From the IMG/VR virus record IMGVR_UViG_2547132281_000013, positions 1-21,103 of that record: a DNA stretch of 21,103 nucleotides. One strand, given 5' to 3'. Shown piece by piece: positions 7,673 through 17,163 of this stretch. The first letter of the stretch is position 1; each line of letters starts with the position of its first letter. The notes beneath the pieces are model-generated. The model saw only the letters and a program-made list of their open reading frames with translations. It had not been told where the DNA came from and did not search any database. The stretch comes from a virus. Lineage: Duplodnaviria > Heunggongvirae > Uroviricota > Caudoviricetes. Position numbers and translations under genes: made by a program.

Positions 7673-8007
7673 ACAGTTTAACAACACACTACCGTCGCTC
7701 GCAACTGATTGCGCTTCCTGTACCGGGTGGAAAAGCGAAGGTGGAGTATTGCTATGCAGTAAATGTACCAGGTGGCAGGGTAATTGTAACCCACAGCTTT
7801 GCAGAGTGGGCTGTGGGTGATTTTAACCGGCAAAAGGAGACAGTCCTTTGCGACAAGTTAACCGCTGGTTCAAAGATCACTACGGAGTACCCGTCAGAGT
7901 CATTCGTTGGGAGCCGGAAACACAACGGGTTATCTACCTCCGCGAAGGCTATGAGCATGAATGCTTCAGTCCGCTCGAACAGTTTCGTCGTAAATTCAGG
8001 GAAATAG
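7669..8007 (+). CDS. YmfM-like hypothetical protein, 112 aa
   Basis: ATGA start/stop coupling with the preceding gene. The 3' half overlaps an alternative-frame ORF that has a stronger RBS (next feature). Confidence 0.35.
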   Translation: MNSLTTHYRRSQLIALPVPGGKAKVEYCYAVNVPGGRVIVTHSFAEWAVGDFNRQKETVLCDKLTAGSKITTEYPSESFVGSRKHNGLSTSAKAMSMNASVRSNSFVVNSGK

Positions 8008-8027
8008 AGGTCGGTCATGAGCACTAA
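7848..8027 (+). CDS. small DUF4222-like protein, 59 aa, TTG start, in an alternative frame
   Basis: AAGGAG at 7833-7838, 9 nt upstream of TTG 7848. Product [58 protein letters not shown] is protein-like and recalled as resembling DUF4222 prophage proteins. Confidence 0.4.
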   Translation: MRQVNRWFKDHYGVPVRVIRWEPETQRVIYLREGYEHECFSPLEQFRRKFREIEVGHEH

Positions 8028-8292
8028 ATTAACCGGCTATGTATGGGATGGTTGCGCTGCATCAGGCATGAAGTTATCCAGCGTGGCAATTATGGCACGC
8101 CTGGCTGATTTCAGTAATGACGAAGGTGTGTGCTGGCCATCAATTGAAACCATTGCCCGTCAGATTGGCGCGGGGATGAGTACCGTCAGAACGGCTATCG
8201 CACGGCTGGAAGCAGAAGGCTGGTTAACGCGTAAGGCGCGTCGCCAGGGTAGAGACAACAAAAGGAGCCTGGGATGTACAGCAGACTGTTAA
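8017..8292 (+). pseudogene. N-terminal fragment of a phage replication-initiation (O-like, HTH) protein
   Basis: The first ~77 aa ([78 protein letters not shown]) look like a replication-protein N-terminus. The frame then runs into unrelated sequence and stops at 91 aa, where full-length proteins are much longer. Confidence 0.5.
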
Positions 8293-8492
8293 TCATCTAC
8301 CTGATGACGATGTTGACCGTGAGTTGCGCGAAAACTTTACCCGCAAAACCTGAAGTAACGGACACGGCCTGTGACTGGGTAAGAATCATCTACCTCACAG
8401 GTCAGGACATTGAAGTGCTGGATAAGCTTACGAAGCGGGATATTCTGGCACATAACAAAGCAGTACAGCGCAACTGTATTAGCCAGTTATGA
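8274..8492 (+). CDS. small putative exported protein or lipoprotein (possibly Rz1/o-spanin-like)
   Basis: AAGGAG 7 nt upstream of the ATG. Hydrophobic N-terminus ending in a near-lipobox (LTVSC). Position is upstream of the packaging genes. Confidence 0.3.
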   Translation: MYSRLLIIYLMTMLTVSCAKTLPAKPEVTDTACDWVRIIYLTGQDIEVLDKLTKRDILAHNKAVQRNCISQL

Positions 8493-8534
8493 GGCAAACG
8501 AGATTGCGGGCAATTATCGCCCGCAATAAAGTTA

Positions 8535-8798
8535 TCAATTATCTCCTTTAAAGGAGTCGTATTCACCCCAATCAGCAAACCCAATCGGTCTTTTAGGGGT
8601 CTCTAAGCATAAGCGTTTTTTTCGGATTAGCAGGACATTTATTTGAGATACATGCTGAACAAGTTCTACAGGACTGCCATCCTCCAGAGTACCAATGAAA
8701 GAAATTAATGATGGATTCCAGTAGCTTATGTCTGTGAAATGAAATTCAATGTTTTTACCAAAGCTAGCTAGTTGTCCTCCTACCTCATACTCTTCTTC
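8535..8798 (-). pseudogene. 3' portion of a small ORF interrupted by the IS66-family element
   Basis: Continues the frame of 11506-11631 once the IS and one copy of the target duplication are removed (...EEEYEVGGQLASFGKNIEFHF...GEYDSFKGDN). Confidence 0.5.
8791..8798. repeat. 8-bp target-site duplication TCTTCTTC (left copy)
   Basis: Identical 8-mer abuts both ends of the IS66-family element. Confidence 0.8.
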
Positions 8799-8828
8799 GT
8801 AAGCGACTCGTCAGAACCGTATTGATAT

Positions 8829-10400
8829 TTACTGAGAGCTCAGATCAACTTTCCAGGGCAACAGATCGCGTACCCGGTTTGCCGGCCAGTCCTGGATATG
8901 TTCAATGACGTAACGCAGCCACTTTTCTGGCTCCACATTGTTCAGACGGCATGTGCCGATCAGCGAGTACAACACCGCCGCATGTTCACCACCGCTGTCG
9001 GAACCCGCGAACATCCAGTTTTTCCGGCCTACGGCCACTCCCCGTAAGGCGTTCTCTGCGATGTTGTTGTCGATTTCCACCCAGCCATTACTGCAGTACA
9101 CGTTCAGTGCATCCCACTGTTTCAGCAGGTATGCGAACGCTTTTGCCGTATCTGAGTGACGCGACAGTGTTTTCATCTGTTGCTGTATCCAGTCATACAG
9201 TGACTGCATCAGTGGCGCGGCTCTGGCTTTTCTTGCCGCCAGACGCTGTTCTGCTGAACAGCCCCGGACCTCTGCCTCGATGGCATACAGTTCACCGATA
9301 CGCTGCAGGGCTTCCGTGGTGATGTCGGTGGGCGCTCTTGCATGCACATCGTGGATTTTTCTCCGGGCATGAGCCATACACGCGGCTTCCGTTATTCTGC
9401 CGGATTCGTATAACGCCCGGTAACCACCGTAAGCATCGGCCTGAAGCACACCGCTGTAACCGGCCAGGTGATTTTGTGGATGGATACCTTTCCGGTCCGG
9501 ACTGTACGCGAACCAGACCGCCGGGGGCATCTGTGAACCGGCGTTACGGTCATCACGGACGTAGACCCACAGCCGGGCTGTCCGGGTTTTACCGCTGCCC
9601 GGCTCCTGGACCGGGACGGGGATATCATCAGCATGGACTTTACCGGGCATCAGCACATACTGGCGCAGGACGTCATACAGCGGCTCCAGCAGTTCAGCAA
9701 CAGCACCTGTCCAGCGCCCCAGTGTGGCACGGCTCAGCTCCACTCCCTGACGACGGTATATTTCTGACTGGCGGTATAACGGCAGATGGTCTGCATATTT
9801 CCCGGTGACAACATGGGCCAGAAGCCCCGCTCCGGCATAACTGCGTGCAATGGGTTTTGAAGGTACTGGTGCCTGCACGATATGGTCGCACCGGCAACAG
9901 GCCTGTTTCGGACGTTGTGTTTCGATAACCTTAAAGGCGCTGCTGATAAGCTCCAGTTGCTCTGACACATCACATCCCAGAGAACTGAGTTCACCACCAC
10001 AGGCAGGACAGCATTCCTCTTCCGGCCGGATAACCCGGGTTTCACGGGGAAGTGAGGCCGGTAACGGTTTACGGGCTGAAGACTGGCGCAGGGCGGATGG
10101 CAGTACCGGGTCATATTGCTCACCCAGCGTTTCCGCCATTTCTTCCTGAAGTGCGCTGATTCGCTCCTGTGCTTCCTGTATCTGCCGTTCGGTTTTTGCA
10201 CGAAGTTTTTCTGAGCTTTTACCGAACTGCATGCGCTGCAGTTTCGCAACCAGCGCCTTCAGCCGGTTGATTTCGGAAGCATAAGCCGCCACCCGCTGTG
10301 AGAGCAGGCGGTTGTATTCAGCCATCTGGCGGATGGTGTCCTGTTGCGTCTGCAACAGTGCCCGCAGGCGGGCGTTCTCATGAGCAAGTGAGGTGTCCAT
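8829..10400 (-). CDS. tnpC: IS66-family transposase TnpC
   Basis: 523 aa with an N-terminal coiled-coil/leucine-zipper region, a CxxC...C zinc-finger-like motif (CCPACGGEL...) and a DDE-type core. Confidence 0.85.
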   Translation of the reverse strand: MDTSLAHENARLRALLQTQQDTIRQMAEYNRLLSQRVAAYASEINRLKALVAKLQRMQFGKSSEKLRAKTERQIQEAQERISALQEEMAETLGEQYDPVLPSALRQSSARKPLPASLPRETRVIRPEEECCPACGGELSSLGCDVSEQLELISSAFKVIETQRPKQACCRCDHIVQAPVPSKPIARSYAGAGLLAHVVTGKYADHLPLYRQSEIYRRQGVELSRATLGRWTGAVAELLEPLYDVLRQYVLMPGKVHADDIPVPVQEPGSGKTRTARLWVYVRDDRNAGSQMPPAVWFAYSPDRKGIHPQNHLAGYSGVLQADAYGGYRALYESGRITEAACMAHARRKIHDVHARAPTDITTEALQRIGELYAIEAEVRGCSAEQRLAARKARAAPLMQSLYDWIQQQMKTLSRHSDTAKAFAYLLKQWDALNVYCSNGWVEIDNNIAENALRGVAVGRKNWMFAGSDSGGEHAAVLYSLIGTCRLNNVEPEKWLRYVIEHIQDWPANRVRDLLPWKVDLSSQ

Positions 10401-10419
10401 ATCCTCACTTTACAACGGG

Positions 10420-10767
10420 TTATATGCGGATTCCAGCGCGTTCCGTTCGTTTCGGGTGCTTCCAGTTGATACCTTCAAGAAGCATGGATAACTGAGCCGG
10501 AGTAAGGTGCACCTTGCCGTCACGGGTGACTGGCCAGACGAAGCGGCCCCGCTCCAGGCGTTTGGTGAAGAGGCACAGTCCGTCACTGTCAGCCCACAAC
10601 ACTTTTATCTGGTCACCCCGGCGTCCGCGGAAGATGAACAGGTGTCCGGAGAACGGGTCATCCTTCAGGACGTTCTGAACTTTTGATGCCAGGCCGTTAA
10701 AGCCATTTCGCATATCGGTGATACCTGCAACCAGCCAGATACGCGAACCTGCAGGGAGAGATATCAT
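10420..10767 (-). CDS. tnpB: IS66-family accessory protein TnpB
   Basis: 115 aa, typical IS66 Orf2 (LWADSDGLCLFTKRLERGRFVWP), translationally coupled to tnpA. Confidence 0.8.
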   Translation of the reverse strand: MISLPAGSRIWLVAGITDMRNGFNGLASKVQNVLKDDPFSGHLFIFRGRRGDQIKVLWADSDGLCLFTKRLERGRFVWPVTRDGKVHLTPAQLSMLLEGINWKHPKRTERAGIRI

Positions 10768-11444
10768 CAGTGGCTGCTCCCTTTTATTTCGCGGATAAGT
10801 GTCTGTAATAACGCCGGCGTCAGTTTACCTTTAAGCCTGAGAGTTCCGGCCGGCAGAACCAGCTCACAACACAGACTGTCGGACGGTGTATTTATCTGCT
10901 CTGGTTCCTGTGCGGGGGCCGGGATTTTATTATCCGGCTCCGGCGTTAACGTCACGGGAAGCAGTGCCGGCATATTTTTTCCGGAAGGCAGCAGGCCACC
11001 TTTCCGGTATTGATGGCGCCAGTTGAAGAGCAGGTTATCGTTGATTCCGTTTTCCCGGGCGATCTGCGCCACACAGGCTCCGGGCTGCAGTGACTGCTCC
11101 ACTAAGGCGATTTTAAACTCATAAGGGAAGTTGGGCCGCCGGGGACGTTTTTTTACCACGGGGGCTTCGGATATAACGGTGCTTTCAGGACGTACGACTG
11201 GTACCGTGGAAAATTGTCCGTAAAGGCAGGCATCAAGTTCCTGCTCCGACATGCCTGCGGGCAAAGGCCACGAAAGGCCAGCTCTCCGAAAGCGCACGAA
11301 CATACTACAAACTGTTGATTTTGGTACACCCAGGCGACGCCCGGCCACAACCCGGGGTAAATGTTCTTCAAAGTGAAGACGTAAAGCTTCAGTGATCCAG
11401 GTCCGGTGTTTCATACGATAGTGTCCATTAAAAATGATGGACAT
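10767..11444 (-). CDS. tnpA: IS66-family accessory protein TnpA (HTH), with an N-terminal extension
   Basis: The C-terminal part carries the IS66 OrfA HTH (PRRPNFPYEFKIALVEQSLQPGACVAQIARENGINDNLLFNWRHQYRKG). Start is uncertain between the ATGs at 11444 and 11414. Confidence 0.7.
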   Translation of the reverse strand: MSIIFNGHYRMKHRTWITEALRLHFEEHLPRVVAGRRLGVPKSTVCSMFVRFRRAGLSWPLPAGMSEQELDACLYGQFSTVPVVRPESTVISEAPVVKKRPRRPNFPYEFKIALVEQSLQPGACVAQIARENGINDNLLFNWRHQYRKGGLLPSGKNMPALLPVTLTPEPDNKIPAPAQEPEQINTPSDSLCCELVLPAGTLRLKGKLTPALLQTLIREIKGSSH

Positions 11445-11497
11445 TATTTTTGTAGAGCCGGAGGAAACAGACCAGACGGTTTAAATGAGCCGGTTAC

Positions 11498-11505
11498 TCT
11501 TCTTC
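11498..11505. repeat. 8-bp target-site duplication TCTTCTTC (right copy)
   Basis: Identical to 8791-8798. Confidence 0.8.
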
Positions 11506-11631
11506 AAGTTCACGGTGAAAATCATTTATCCAGCATATAAGGCGTCTATGAAATTCATTTGCAAGATTGTAGTCCTTTGGAACATATGGCTGTGAGTATT
11601 TGAGGAAATCATTCATGTAGTTATTTGTCAT
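11506..11631 (-). pseudogene. 5' portion of the small ORF interrupted by the IS66-family element
   Basis: ATG at 11631 with AAGGA about 8 nt upstream (MTNNYMNDFLKYSQPYVPKDYNLANEFHRRLICWINDFHRELEE...). The frame runs into the target duplication and the IS end. Confidence 0.5.
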
Positions 11632-11729
11632 CAGGGCGTCCTTTACGAGCATAACCATTGTTACTTAACGGATTGAAACGCTATTAAATAACATGGTTTC
11701 TATCATAATTTCTATCCGGAGTTTTCCAT

Positions 11730-12080
11730 ATGCCGCCACGAATCCCAAAAGCCTGCCGTGTTCGCGGCTGTCGTTCTACCACTACAGATCCGTCAGGCTA
11801 CTGCGAAAATCATAAAGGTGAGGGCTGGAAATCCTACAAGCCAGGTCAATCACGGCAGCAGCGCGGATATGGAACAAAGTGGGAAGTCATCCGGGAGCGG
11901 ATACTAAAGCGCGACAAAGGGTTATGTCAGAACCATCTTCGGCAGGGAGTTGTGAAGCAAGCGTCCTGCGTGGATCACCTCAAGGCGAAGGCTCACGGCG
12001 GCACTGATGAAGACAGCAACCTTGAGAGTCTGTGCTGGTCGTGTCACGCAGTGAAGACCGCGCGTGAGCGGTTCAGGTGA
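11730..12080 (+). CDS. phage-associated HNH endonuclease
   Basis: 116 aa with the HNH signature (CVDHLKAKAHGGTDEDSNLESLCWSCH) and N-terminal Cys pairs. GGAG 8 nt upstream. Sits next to the terminase genes, as is common in cos-type packaging modules. Confidence 0.8.
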   Translation: MPPRIPKACRVRGCRSTTTDPSGYCENHKGEGWKSYKPGQSRQQRGYGTKWEVIRERILKRDKGLCQNHLRQGVVKQASCVDHLKAKAHGGTDEDSNLESLCWSCHAVKTARERFR

Positions 12081-12197
12081 GAATTGATGTCATCATCAGC
12101 CAGGGGAGGGGGAGGTCGAATCTTTGCAACCGCGCGCCTTCCGGACTGCTCGCCCCATCGTTTTTTTATACCCGCGAAAAATGAAATTTAACCAGGA

Positions 12198-12701
12198 GTG
12201 CCGCATATGGCTGGAACGGCGGGGCGTTCCGGGCGTCGCCCCAAGCCAACGGCGCGCAAGGCGCTGGCCGGAAACCCCGGCAAGCGAGCCCTGAATAAAG
12301 ATGAACCTGTTTTTACGCCCATCAAAGGTGTTGAGCCACCGGAGTGGTTCGCTGAAGAAGATCTCCCTCTCGCCACGATCATGTGGCAACTGACAACTAA
12401 AGAACTCTGCGGTCAGGGCCTGCTGTGCGTGACTGACCTCGCAGTGCTTGAGCGGTGGTGTGTGGCCTATGAGTTCTGGCGACGTGCCGTGAAAAATATT
12501 GCCAGACAGGGCAACACCATCACCGGTGCAATGGGCGGTATGGTCAAAAATCCGGAGCTGACCGCCAAAAAAGAACAGGAGTCCGAGATGAGCAGTACGG
12601 GGGCAATGCTCGGACTCGACCCCAGCAGCCGCCAGCGTCTAATTGGCCTGGCGGGGAAGAAGAAAGCCACTAACCCGTTTCTGAAAATCATCGAATCATG
12701 A
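12198..12701 (+). CDS. terminase small subunit (P27-family-like)
   Basis: [21 protein letters not shown] motif. The likely start is the ATG at 12207, which has AGGAG 8 nt upstream; the ORF-track start at 12198 is a GTG. Stop overlaps the terL start (ATGA). Confidence 0.75.
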   Translation: MPHMAGTAGRSGRRPKPTARKALAGNPGKRALNKDEPVFTPIKGVEPPEWFAEEDLPLATIMWQLTTKELCGQGLLCVTDLAVLERWCVAYEFWRRAVKNIARQGNTITGAMGGMVKNPELTAKKEQESEMSSTGAMLGLDPSSRQRLIGLAGKKKATNPFLKIIES

Positions 12702-13561
12702 GCCGGAAATCTTACCCCAACGTAAATGCTGCCAATCAGTATGCCCGTGATGTCGTGCGCGGAAAGATTGTGGCCTGCCAGTTTGTGATTCAGGCCTGCC
12801 AGCGGCATCTTGATGACCTGATGGCGGAAAAAAGTAAGTCGTTTCGTTACCGCTTCGACAAGGACCTGGCTGAACGGGCCGCTAAATTTATTCAGCTGTT
12901 GCCGCACACCAAGGGTGAGTGGGCATTTAAGAGGATGCCCATCACGCTGGAGCTGTGGCAGCTCTTTGTGATCTGCTGCGCGTTTGGCTGGGTCAATAAA
13001 GGCTCCCGGCTGCGCCGCTTCCGTGAGGTGTATACCGAAATCCCCCGTAAGAACGGCAAATCGGCAATCTCTGCCGGTGTCGCCCTGTATTGTTTTGCCT
13101 GTGATAACGAGTTCGGCGCGGAAGTGTATTCCGGTGCCACGACGGAGAAACAGGCATGGGAAGTCTTTCGTCCGGCAAGACTGATGTGTAAACGCACACC
13201 CATGCTAACGGAAGCGTTCGGGATTGAGGTTAACGCCTCAAACATGAACCGTCCGGAGGATGGTGCGCGTTTTGAACCGCTGATCGGTAACCCCGGTGAT
13301 GGTTCATCACCCCACTGTGCGGTGGTGGATGAATATCACGAGCACGCCACCGATGCGCTTTACACCACGATGCTTACCGGGATGGGGGCGCGACGTCAGC
13401 CACTGATGTGGGCCATTACTACTGCCGGGTACAACATTGAGGGGCCGTGCTACGACAAGCGGCGGGAAGTTATCGAGATGCTCAACGGGTCGGTACCTGG
13501 CCTGCGGTACAGAATGACCGTTACGGCTCCCGACTGTGGCTGCTTCAGCGCAGCAAACTGA
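12698..13561 (+). pseudogene. terminase large subunit, N-terminal ATPase portion only (truncated)
   Basis: Walker A-like GKS (PRKNGKSA) and Walker B-like VVDEYHE are present. The frame stops at 287 aa after a non-conserved tail, and no nuclease domain follows. Confidence 0.65.
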
Positions 13562-13770
13562 CCAATCAGCTGGTGCAGACGGTAAGGGGGTATATCCGCG
13601 AATGCCTGCAATGGATGATTGATGACGGCGTGGTGTCCCGTATTGATCTGGATATCCGCCGCACCGGGATTAATGAACTGGGTAACAGTATCACTCTCTG
13701 GCGTCGTGACGGACCGGTAATGATTTCTTTTGATGATCTGTGGAGTGCGATAACGCATGGCGGACAGTGA
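13562..13770 (+). pseudogene. start-less C-terminal remnant of the gene preceding baseplate J (possibly gpW/gp25-like)
   Basis: Protein-like frame (...IRECLQWMIDDGVVSRIDLDIRRTGINELGNSITLWRRDGPVMISFDDLW...) ending in overlap with the baseplate J start. No credible start or RBS after the terL stop. Confidence 0.25.
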
Positions 13771-14815
13771 ATTTCAGCGCCCGACGCTGGCAGAAAATAT
13801 CAGTATGCTCCGTAACGATTTATTCGCCAGGCTGGACGTCAGCGACACGCTCCGGCGCATGGATGAAGACGTGCGGGCAAAGGTGTATGCGGCGGCGCTG
13901 CATACGGTTTACGGTTACATCGATTATCTGGCAATGAACATGCTGCCTGACCTGTGCGATGAGTCCTGGCTGGCGCGACATGCTGCGATGAAACGGTGTC
14001 CGCGCAAGGGAGCCACGGCTGCCAGTGGGTATATGCGCTGGGAAGGTGTCAGCGATGGCCTGAAGGTGACCGCCGGGAGTGTTATTCAGCGCGATGACCT
14101 GGTGCAGTACACGACAACTGACGATGCAACCAGCTCCGGTGGTGTCCTGCGCGTGCCGATCGCCTGCTCAAGTGCAGGTGCGGTCGGTAACGCTGACGAC
14201 GGTACGGCATTAATCCTGGTCACGCCGGTGAATGGTCTGCCGTCTTCCGGTGTGGCTGACACCCTGACAGGCGGATTTGATACTGAAGAGCTGGAAACGT
14301 GGCGCGCCCGCGTCATTGAGCGGTATTACTGGACGCCGCAGGGCGGGGCTGACGGGGACTATGTTGTCTGGGCTAAAGAAGTGCCCGGCATTACCCGCGC
14401 ATGGACATACCGACACTGGATGGGAACGGGGACTGTCGGTGTGATGATTGCCAGCAGCGACCTGATTAACCCCATTCCGGAAGAATCAACGGAAACGGCG
14501 GCAAGACAACACATTGAGCCACTGGCCCCGGTGGCAGGCTCTGATTTGTATGTATTCAGGCCGGTGGCGCACAAAGTGGATTTTCATATCCGCGTGACTC
14601 CGGACACACCGGAAATACGGGATGCCATCACCGCGGAGTTGCGTTCATTCCTGCTGCGTGATGGTTATCCGCAGGGAGAGCTGAAGGTATCGCGTATCAG
14701 TGAAGCGATTTCCGGTGCGAACGGGGAATACAGCCATCAGTTGCTTGCTCCGGCGGACAATATCTCCATTGCAAAAAATGAACTGGCGGTTCTGGGGACG
14801 ATTTCATGGACGTGA
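13757..14815 (+). CDS. baseplate assembly protein J-like (P2 gpJ family)
   Basis: 352 aa. Position immediately upstream of a gpI-like and tail-fibre gene with overlapping start/stop, and overall similarity to the e14 jayE-type protein. Confidence 0.75.
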   Translation: MADSEFQRPTLAENISMLRNDLFARLDVSDTLRRMDEDVRAKVYAAALHTVYGYIDYLAMNMLPDLCDESWLARHAAMKRCPRKGATAASGYMRWEGVSDGLKVTAGSVIQRDDLVQYTTTDDATSSGGVLRVPIACSSAGAVGNADDGTALILVTPVNGLPSSGVADTLTGGFDTEELETWRARVIERYYWTPQGGADGDYVVWAKEVPGITRAWTYRHWMGTGTVGVMIASSDLINPIPEESTETAARQHIEPLAPVAGSDLYVFRPVAHKVDFHIRVTPDTPEIRDAITAELRSFLLRDGYPQGELKVSRISEAISGANGEYSHQLLAPADNISIAKNELAVLGTISWT

Positions 14816-15390
14816 CAAACGATGATTACATCCGTCTGTTGTCGGCACTGTTGCCCCCTGGTCCGGCGTGGTCAGCCAGCGATCCGGCGATTGCCGGTGC
14901 GGCACCGTCATTAACCCGTGCTCATCAGCGTGCGGATGCCCTGATGCGGGAGCTGGATCCGCGCACCACCACCGAACTGATAAACCGCTGGGAGCGTCTG
15001 TGCGGCCTGCCGGATGAATGTATTCCGGCAGGGACGCAGACCCTTCGCCAGCGTCAGCAACGGCTGGATGCGAAGGTTAACCTGGCGGGCGGCATCAATG
15101 AGGATTTTTACCTTGCGCAGCTTGCTGCCCTGGGCAGACCAGATGCCACCATCACGCGATACGACAAAAGCACGTTCACCTGCTCATCGGCCTGTACTGA
15201 CGCGGTGAATGCGCCGGAATGGCGGTATTACTGGCAGGTCAATATGCCAGCTGCCACCAACACCACCTGGATGACATGTGGCGATCCCTGCGATTCCGCA
15301 CTGCGTATCTGGGGGGACACCGTTATCGAGTGCGTGCTTAACAAACTCTGCCCGTCGCATACCTACGTAATTTTTAAATATCCGGAGTAA
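14806..15390 (+). CDS. P2 gpI-like tail protein (YmfQ-like)
   Basis: 194 aa, overlapping the gpJ-like stop. Conserved N-terminal LLPPGPAW motif. Length matches e14 YmfQ from memory. Confidence 0.7.
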   Translation: MDVTNDDYIRLLSALLPPGPAWSASDPAIAGAAPSLTRAHQRADALMRELDPRTTTELINRWERLCGLPDECIPAGTQTLRQRQQRLDAKVNLAGGINEDFYLAQLAALGRPDATITRYDKSTFTCSSACTDAVNAPEWRYYWQVNMPAATNTTWMTCGDPCDSALRIWGDTVIECVLNKLCPSHTYVIFKYPE

Positions 15391-15393
15391 TCC

Positions 15394-16320
15394 ATGCATC
15401 GTATAGACACGAAAACCGCGCAAAAGGATAAGTTCGGCGCGGGTAAGAACGGTTTTACCCGTGGTAACCCCCAGACAGGCACGCCTGCCACCGATCTGGA
15501 TGATGACTACTTTGACATGTTGCAGGAAGAGCTCTGCAGCGTGGTGGAGGCATCCGGTGCCAGCCTGGAGAAGGGGCGGCATGACCAGCTGCTTACCGCG
15601 CTTCGTGCGCTGCTGTTAAGTCGCAAAAATCCGTTTGGCGATATCAAATCGGACGGCACGGTGAAAACGGCTCTTCAAAACCTTGGTTTGGGAGATACAA
15701 GCGGATACGTGGGACGCCGGCTGAGTACCTGGGCTTTCGCGTCATCAGGTACGTATACCCCATCACTAGAAACAAAACGGATCAGGGTCACAATAACGGG
15801 CGGCGGTGGCGGAGGGGGGGGCTGCCAGGCTATATCCAGTAACGAAACGTTTTTCGGTGCTGGCGGTGGGGCCGGAGGGACAGTAATCACCATACTGACC
15901 CCGACACAGAATAGTTATCCTGTCACTATCGGCGCAGGTGGGGCCGGCGGCGTTGGTGCGACGAACGGCCTCAAGGGCGGTGATAGCTCGTTCGGATCGG
16001 TAATAGCCCCTGGTGGTGAAGGCGGCGGAAAATCAGGAGTCACAAACACAAACGGCGGTAACGGAGGCGTACCGAATATTGGCGATATCCGCATCACTGG
16101 TGGAGATGGAGGCGACGGTCAGTCCGGGAATATCGGCGTCAGCGGTGAAGGCGGTGCATCGTACTGGGGAGGCGGTGGACGCGCAGGCTCTGGCGGTGGC
16201 GTTAGAGGCAGGGCATTTGGTTCAGGCGGAGGTGGTGCATACGATGCAGGTTATAGCGGAACCAGTATGACGGGCGGGAAAGGTGCTGCTGGGGTTTGTA
16301 TTATCGAGGAGTTTGCATAA
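15394..16320 (+). CDS. side tail fibre protein (constant N-terminus plus Gly-rich variable C-terminus)
   Basis: N-terminus [47 protein letters not shown]... is the conserved Mu/e14-type fibre N-terminal region. The C-terminus is made of GGxGG repeats. The gene crosses the invertible-segment boundary at 15683-15684. Confidence 0.8.
   Translation: MHRIDTKTAQKDKFGAGKNGFTRGNPQTGTPATDLDDDYFDMLQEELCSVVEASGASLEKGRHDQLLTALRALLLSRKNPFGDIKSDGTVKTALQNLGLGDTSGYVGRRLSTWAFASSGTYTPSLETKRIRVTITGGGGGGGGCQAISSNETFFGAGGGAGGTVITILTPTQNSYPVTIGAGGAGGVGATNGLKGGDSSFGSVIAPGGEGGGKSGVTNTNGGNGGVPNIGDIRITGGDGGDGQSGNIGVSGEGGASYWGGGGRAGSGGGVRGRAFGSGGGGAYDAGYSGTSMTGGKGAAGVCIIEEFA
15671..15696. other. Din-family (gix/hix/pix-like) recombination site, left boundary of the invertible segment
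   Basis: CTCTTCAAAACC-TT-GGTTTGGGAGAT is an imperfect 26-bp dyad resembling hix/gix, and is an inverted copy of the site at 17503-17528. Confidence 0.6.
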
Positions 16321-16730
16321 TGAATGCGTCATATGCAGTTATTGAAAATGGGATGGTTGTGAATGTCATTGTCTGGGATGGCGAGGATGAATTCACTGTG
16401 CCGGATAATCTGCAGCTCATTAATATTTCTGATATCAGTGAGCAGCCCGGAATCGGCTGGGCGTATTCAGACGGGATATTTACTGCGCCGCTCCCTCCGG
16501 AACGTTCTCATGATGAACTGGTAGCTGACGCTGAACAGAAAAAACAGTCGCTGATAGACGCAGCAATGGCCAATATCAGCGTGATTCAGTTAAAGCTGCA
16601 GGCCGGGCGCAAACTGACGCAAGAAGAAACTACCAGACTTAACGTTGTGCTGGATTACATTGACGCGGTGACAGCAACTGATACCAGCACCGCGCCAGAT
16701 GTCATCTGGCCTGAACTGCCGGAGGCGTAG
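16320..16730 (+). CDS. tfa: tail fibre assembly protein
   Basis: Start ATG overlaps the stf stop (TAATG), with GAGGAG 9 nt upstream. C-terminal ...LDYIDAVTATDTSTAPDVIWPELP is the conserved tail-fibre-assembly motif. Confidence 0.8.
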   Translation: MNASYAVIENGMVVNVIVWDGEDEFTVPDNLQLINISDISEQPGIGWAYSDGIFTAPLPPERSHDELVADAEQKKQSLIDAAMANISVIQLKLQAGRKLTQEETTRLNVVLDYIDAVTATDTSTAPDVIWPELPEA

Positions 16731-17142
16731 GCCATTCAATATCTGGCGCACTGGAAGTATCGACCAGCTCCAGTGCGTCCAGATAATCCAGCCACAAATT
16801 ATATTGCGCCAGTTCCTCACCTTTCAGACGACCAATAGCCGCTTTACCAGCCCATTGTTTACTGTTCATATAATCGTTGGCCTGATTAATCAATTGCTGC
16901 TTTTCCAGTTCGGCTGCAGCAATCTGTTCCTCATGTGTTGGTGGTGGAATTTCAGACCATGCAGGAAAACCATTTTCTCCAGCGATACGGATTTTTCCTT
17001 TCGGCGGTAATCCGGAAAACTCAATATACGCTTGCTCATCAACTTCAACAGCATCATCTGGCCATGAGTCAGCTTGAGTGTAATCCTCTTTCATTTCCAG
17101 TGGATAGAAAGAGTTTGTAGTCGCGGAATATATGTAATTCAT
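16702..17142 (-). CDS. tfa: tail fibre assembly protein, alternative copy
   Basis: 146 aa. C-terminal ...LWLDYLDALELVDTSSAPDIEWPTPP. Its 3' end converges on and overlaps the other tfa. Confidence 0.8.
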   Translation of the reverse strand: MNYIYSATTNSFYPLEMKEDYTQADSWPDDAVEVDEQAYIEFSGLPPKGKIRIAGENGFPAWSEIPPPTHEEQIAAAELEKQQLINQANDYMNSKQWAGKAAIGRLKGEELAQYNLWLDYLDALELVDTSSAPDIEWPTPPAVQAR

Positions 17143-17163
17143 TTTTCACTCCATATAGCTAAA

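Larger units (their letters stand above)
8799..11497 (-). mobile_element. IS66-family insertion sequence, complete, 2699 bp
   Basis: Three collinear minus-strand ORFs (tnpA-like, tnpB, tnpC). Imperfect terminal inverted repeats GTAAGCGACTCGTCAGAACCGT (8799-8820) and GTAACCGGCTCATTTAAACCGT (reverse complement of 11476-11497), 16 of 22 matching. Flanked by the 8-bp direct repeat TCTTCTTC. Confidence 0.85.

Noticed and set aside
8938-10249. Several ORF-track frames (8938-9159, 8951-9322, 9338-9808, 9392-9634, 9694-9897, 9734-10249, 9850-10149) inside or antisense to the IS66 tnpC gene
   Set aside because: They lie entirely within the well-supported transposase frame, have Arg/Pro/Cys-rich low-complexity composition and no RBS; they are GC-rich open-frame artefacts.
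12096-13245. Minus-strand ORFs antisense to the HNH/terminase genes (12096-12389, 12188-12382, 12467-12907, 12892-13245, 12993-13199)
   Set aside because: They overlap strongly supported plus-strand genes carrying recognisable motifs and are typical antisense open frames in GC-rich coding DNA.
14086-14574. Minus-strand ORFs inside baseplate J (14086-14316, 14210-14416, 14359-14574)
   Set aside because: Antisense to a conserved structural gene; no RBS and low-complexity products.
15675-16270. Pro/Gly-rich ORFs and apparent periodic repeats in the tail-fibre gene (15675-15893, 15915-16097, 16013-16270); considered as possible CRISPR or tandem-repeat array
   Set aside because: The periodicity is the GGN codon repeat of a glycine-rich fibre domain read in other frames. 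There are no spacer-like unique sequences or regular direct repeats, so this is not a CRISPR array.
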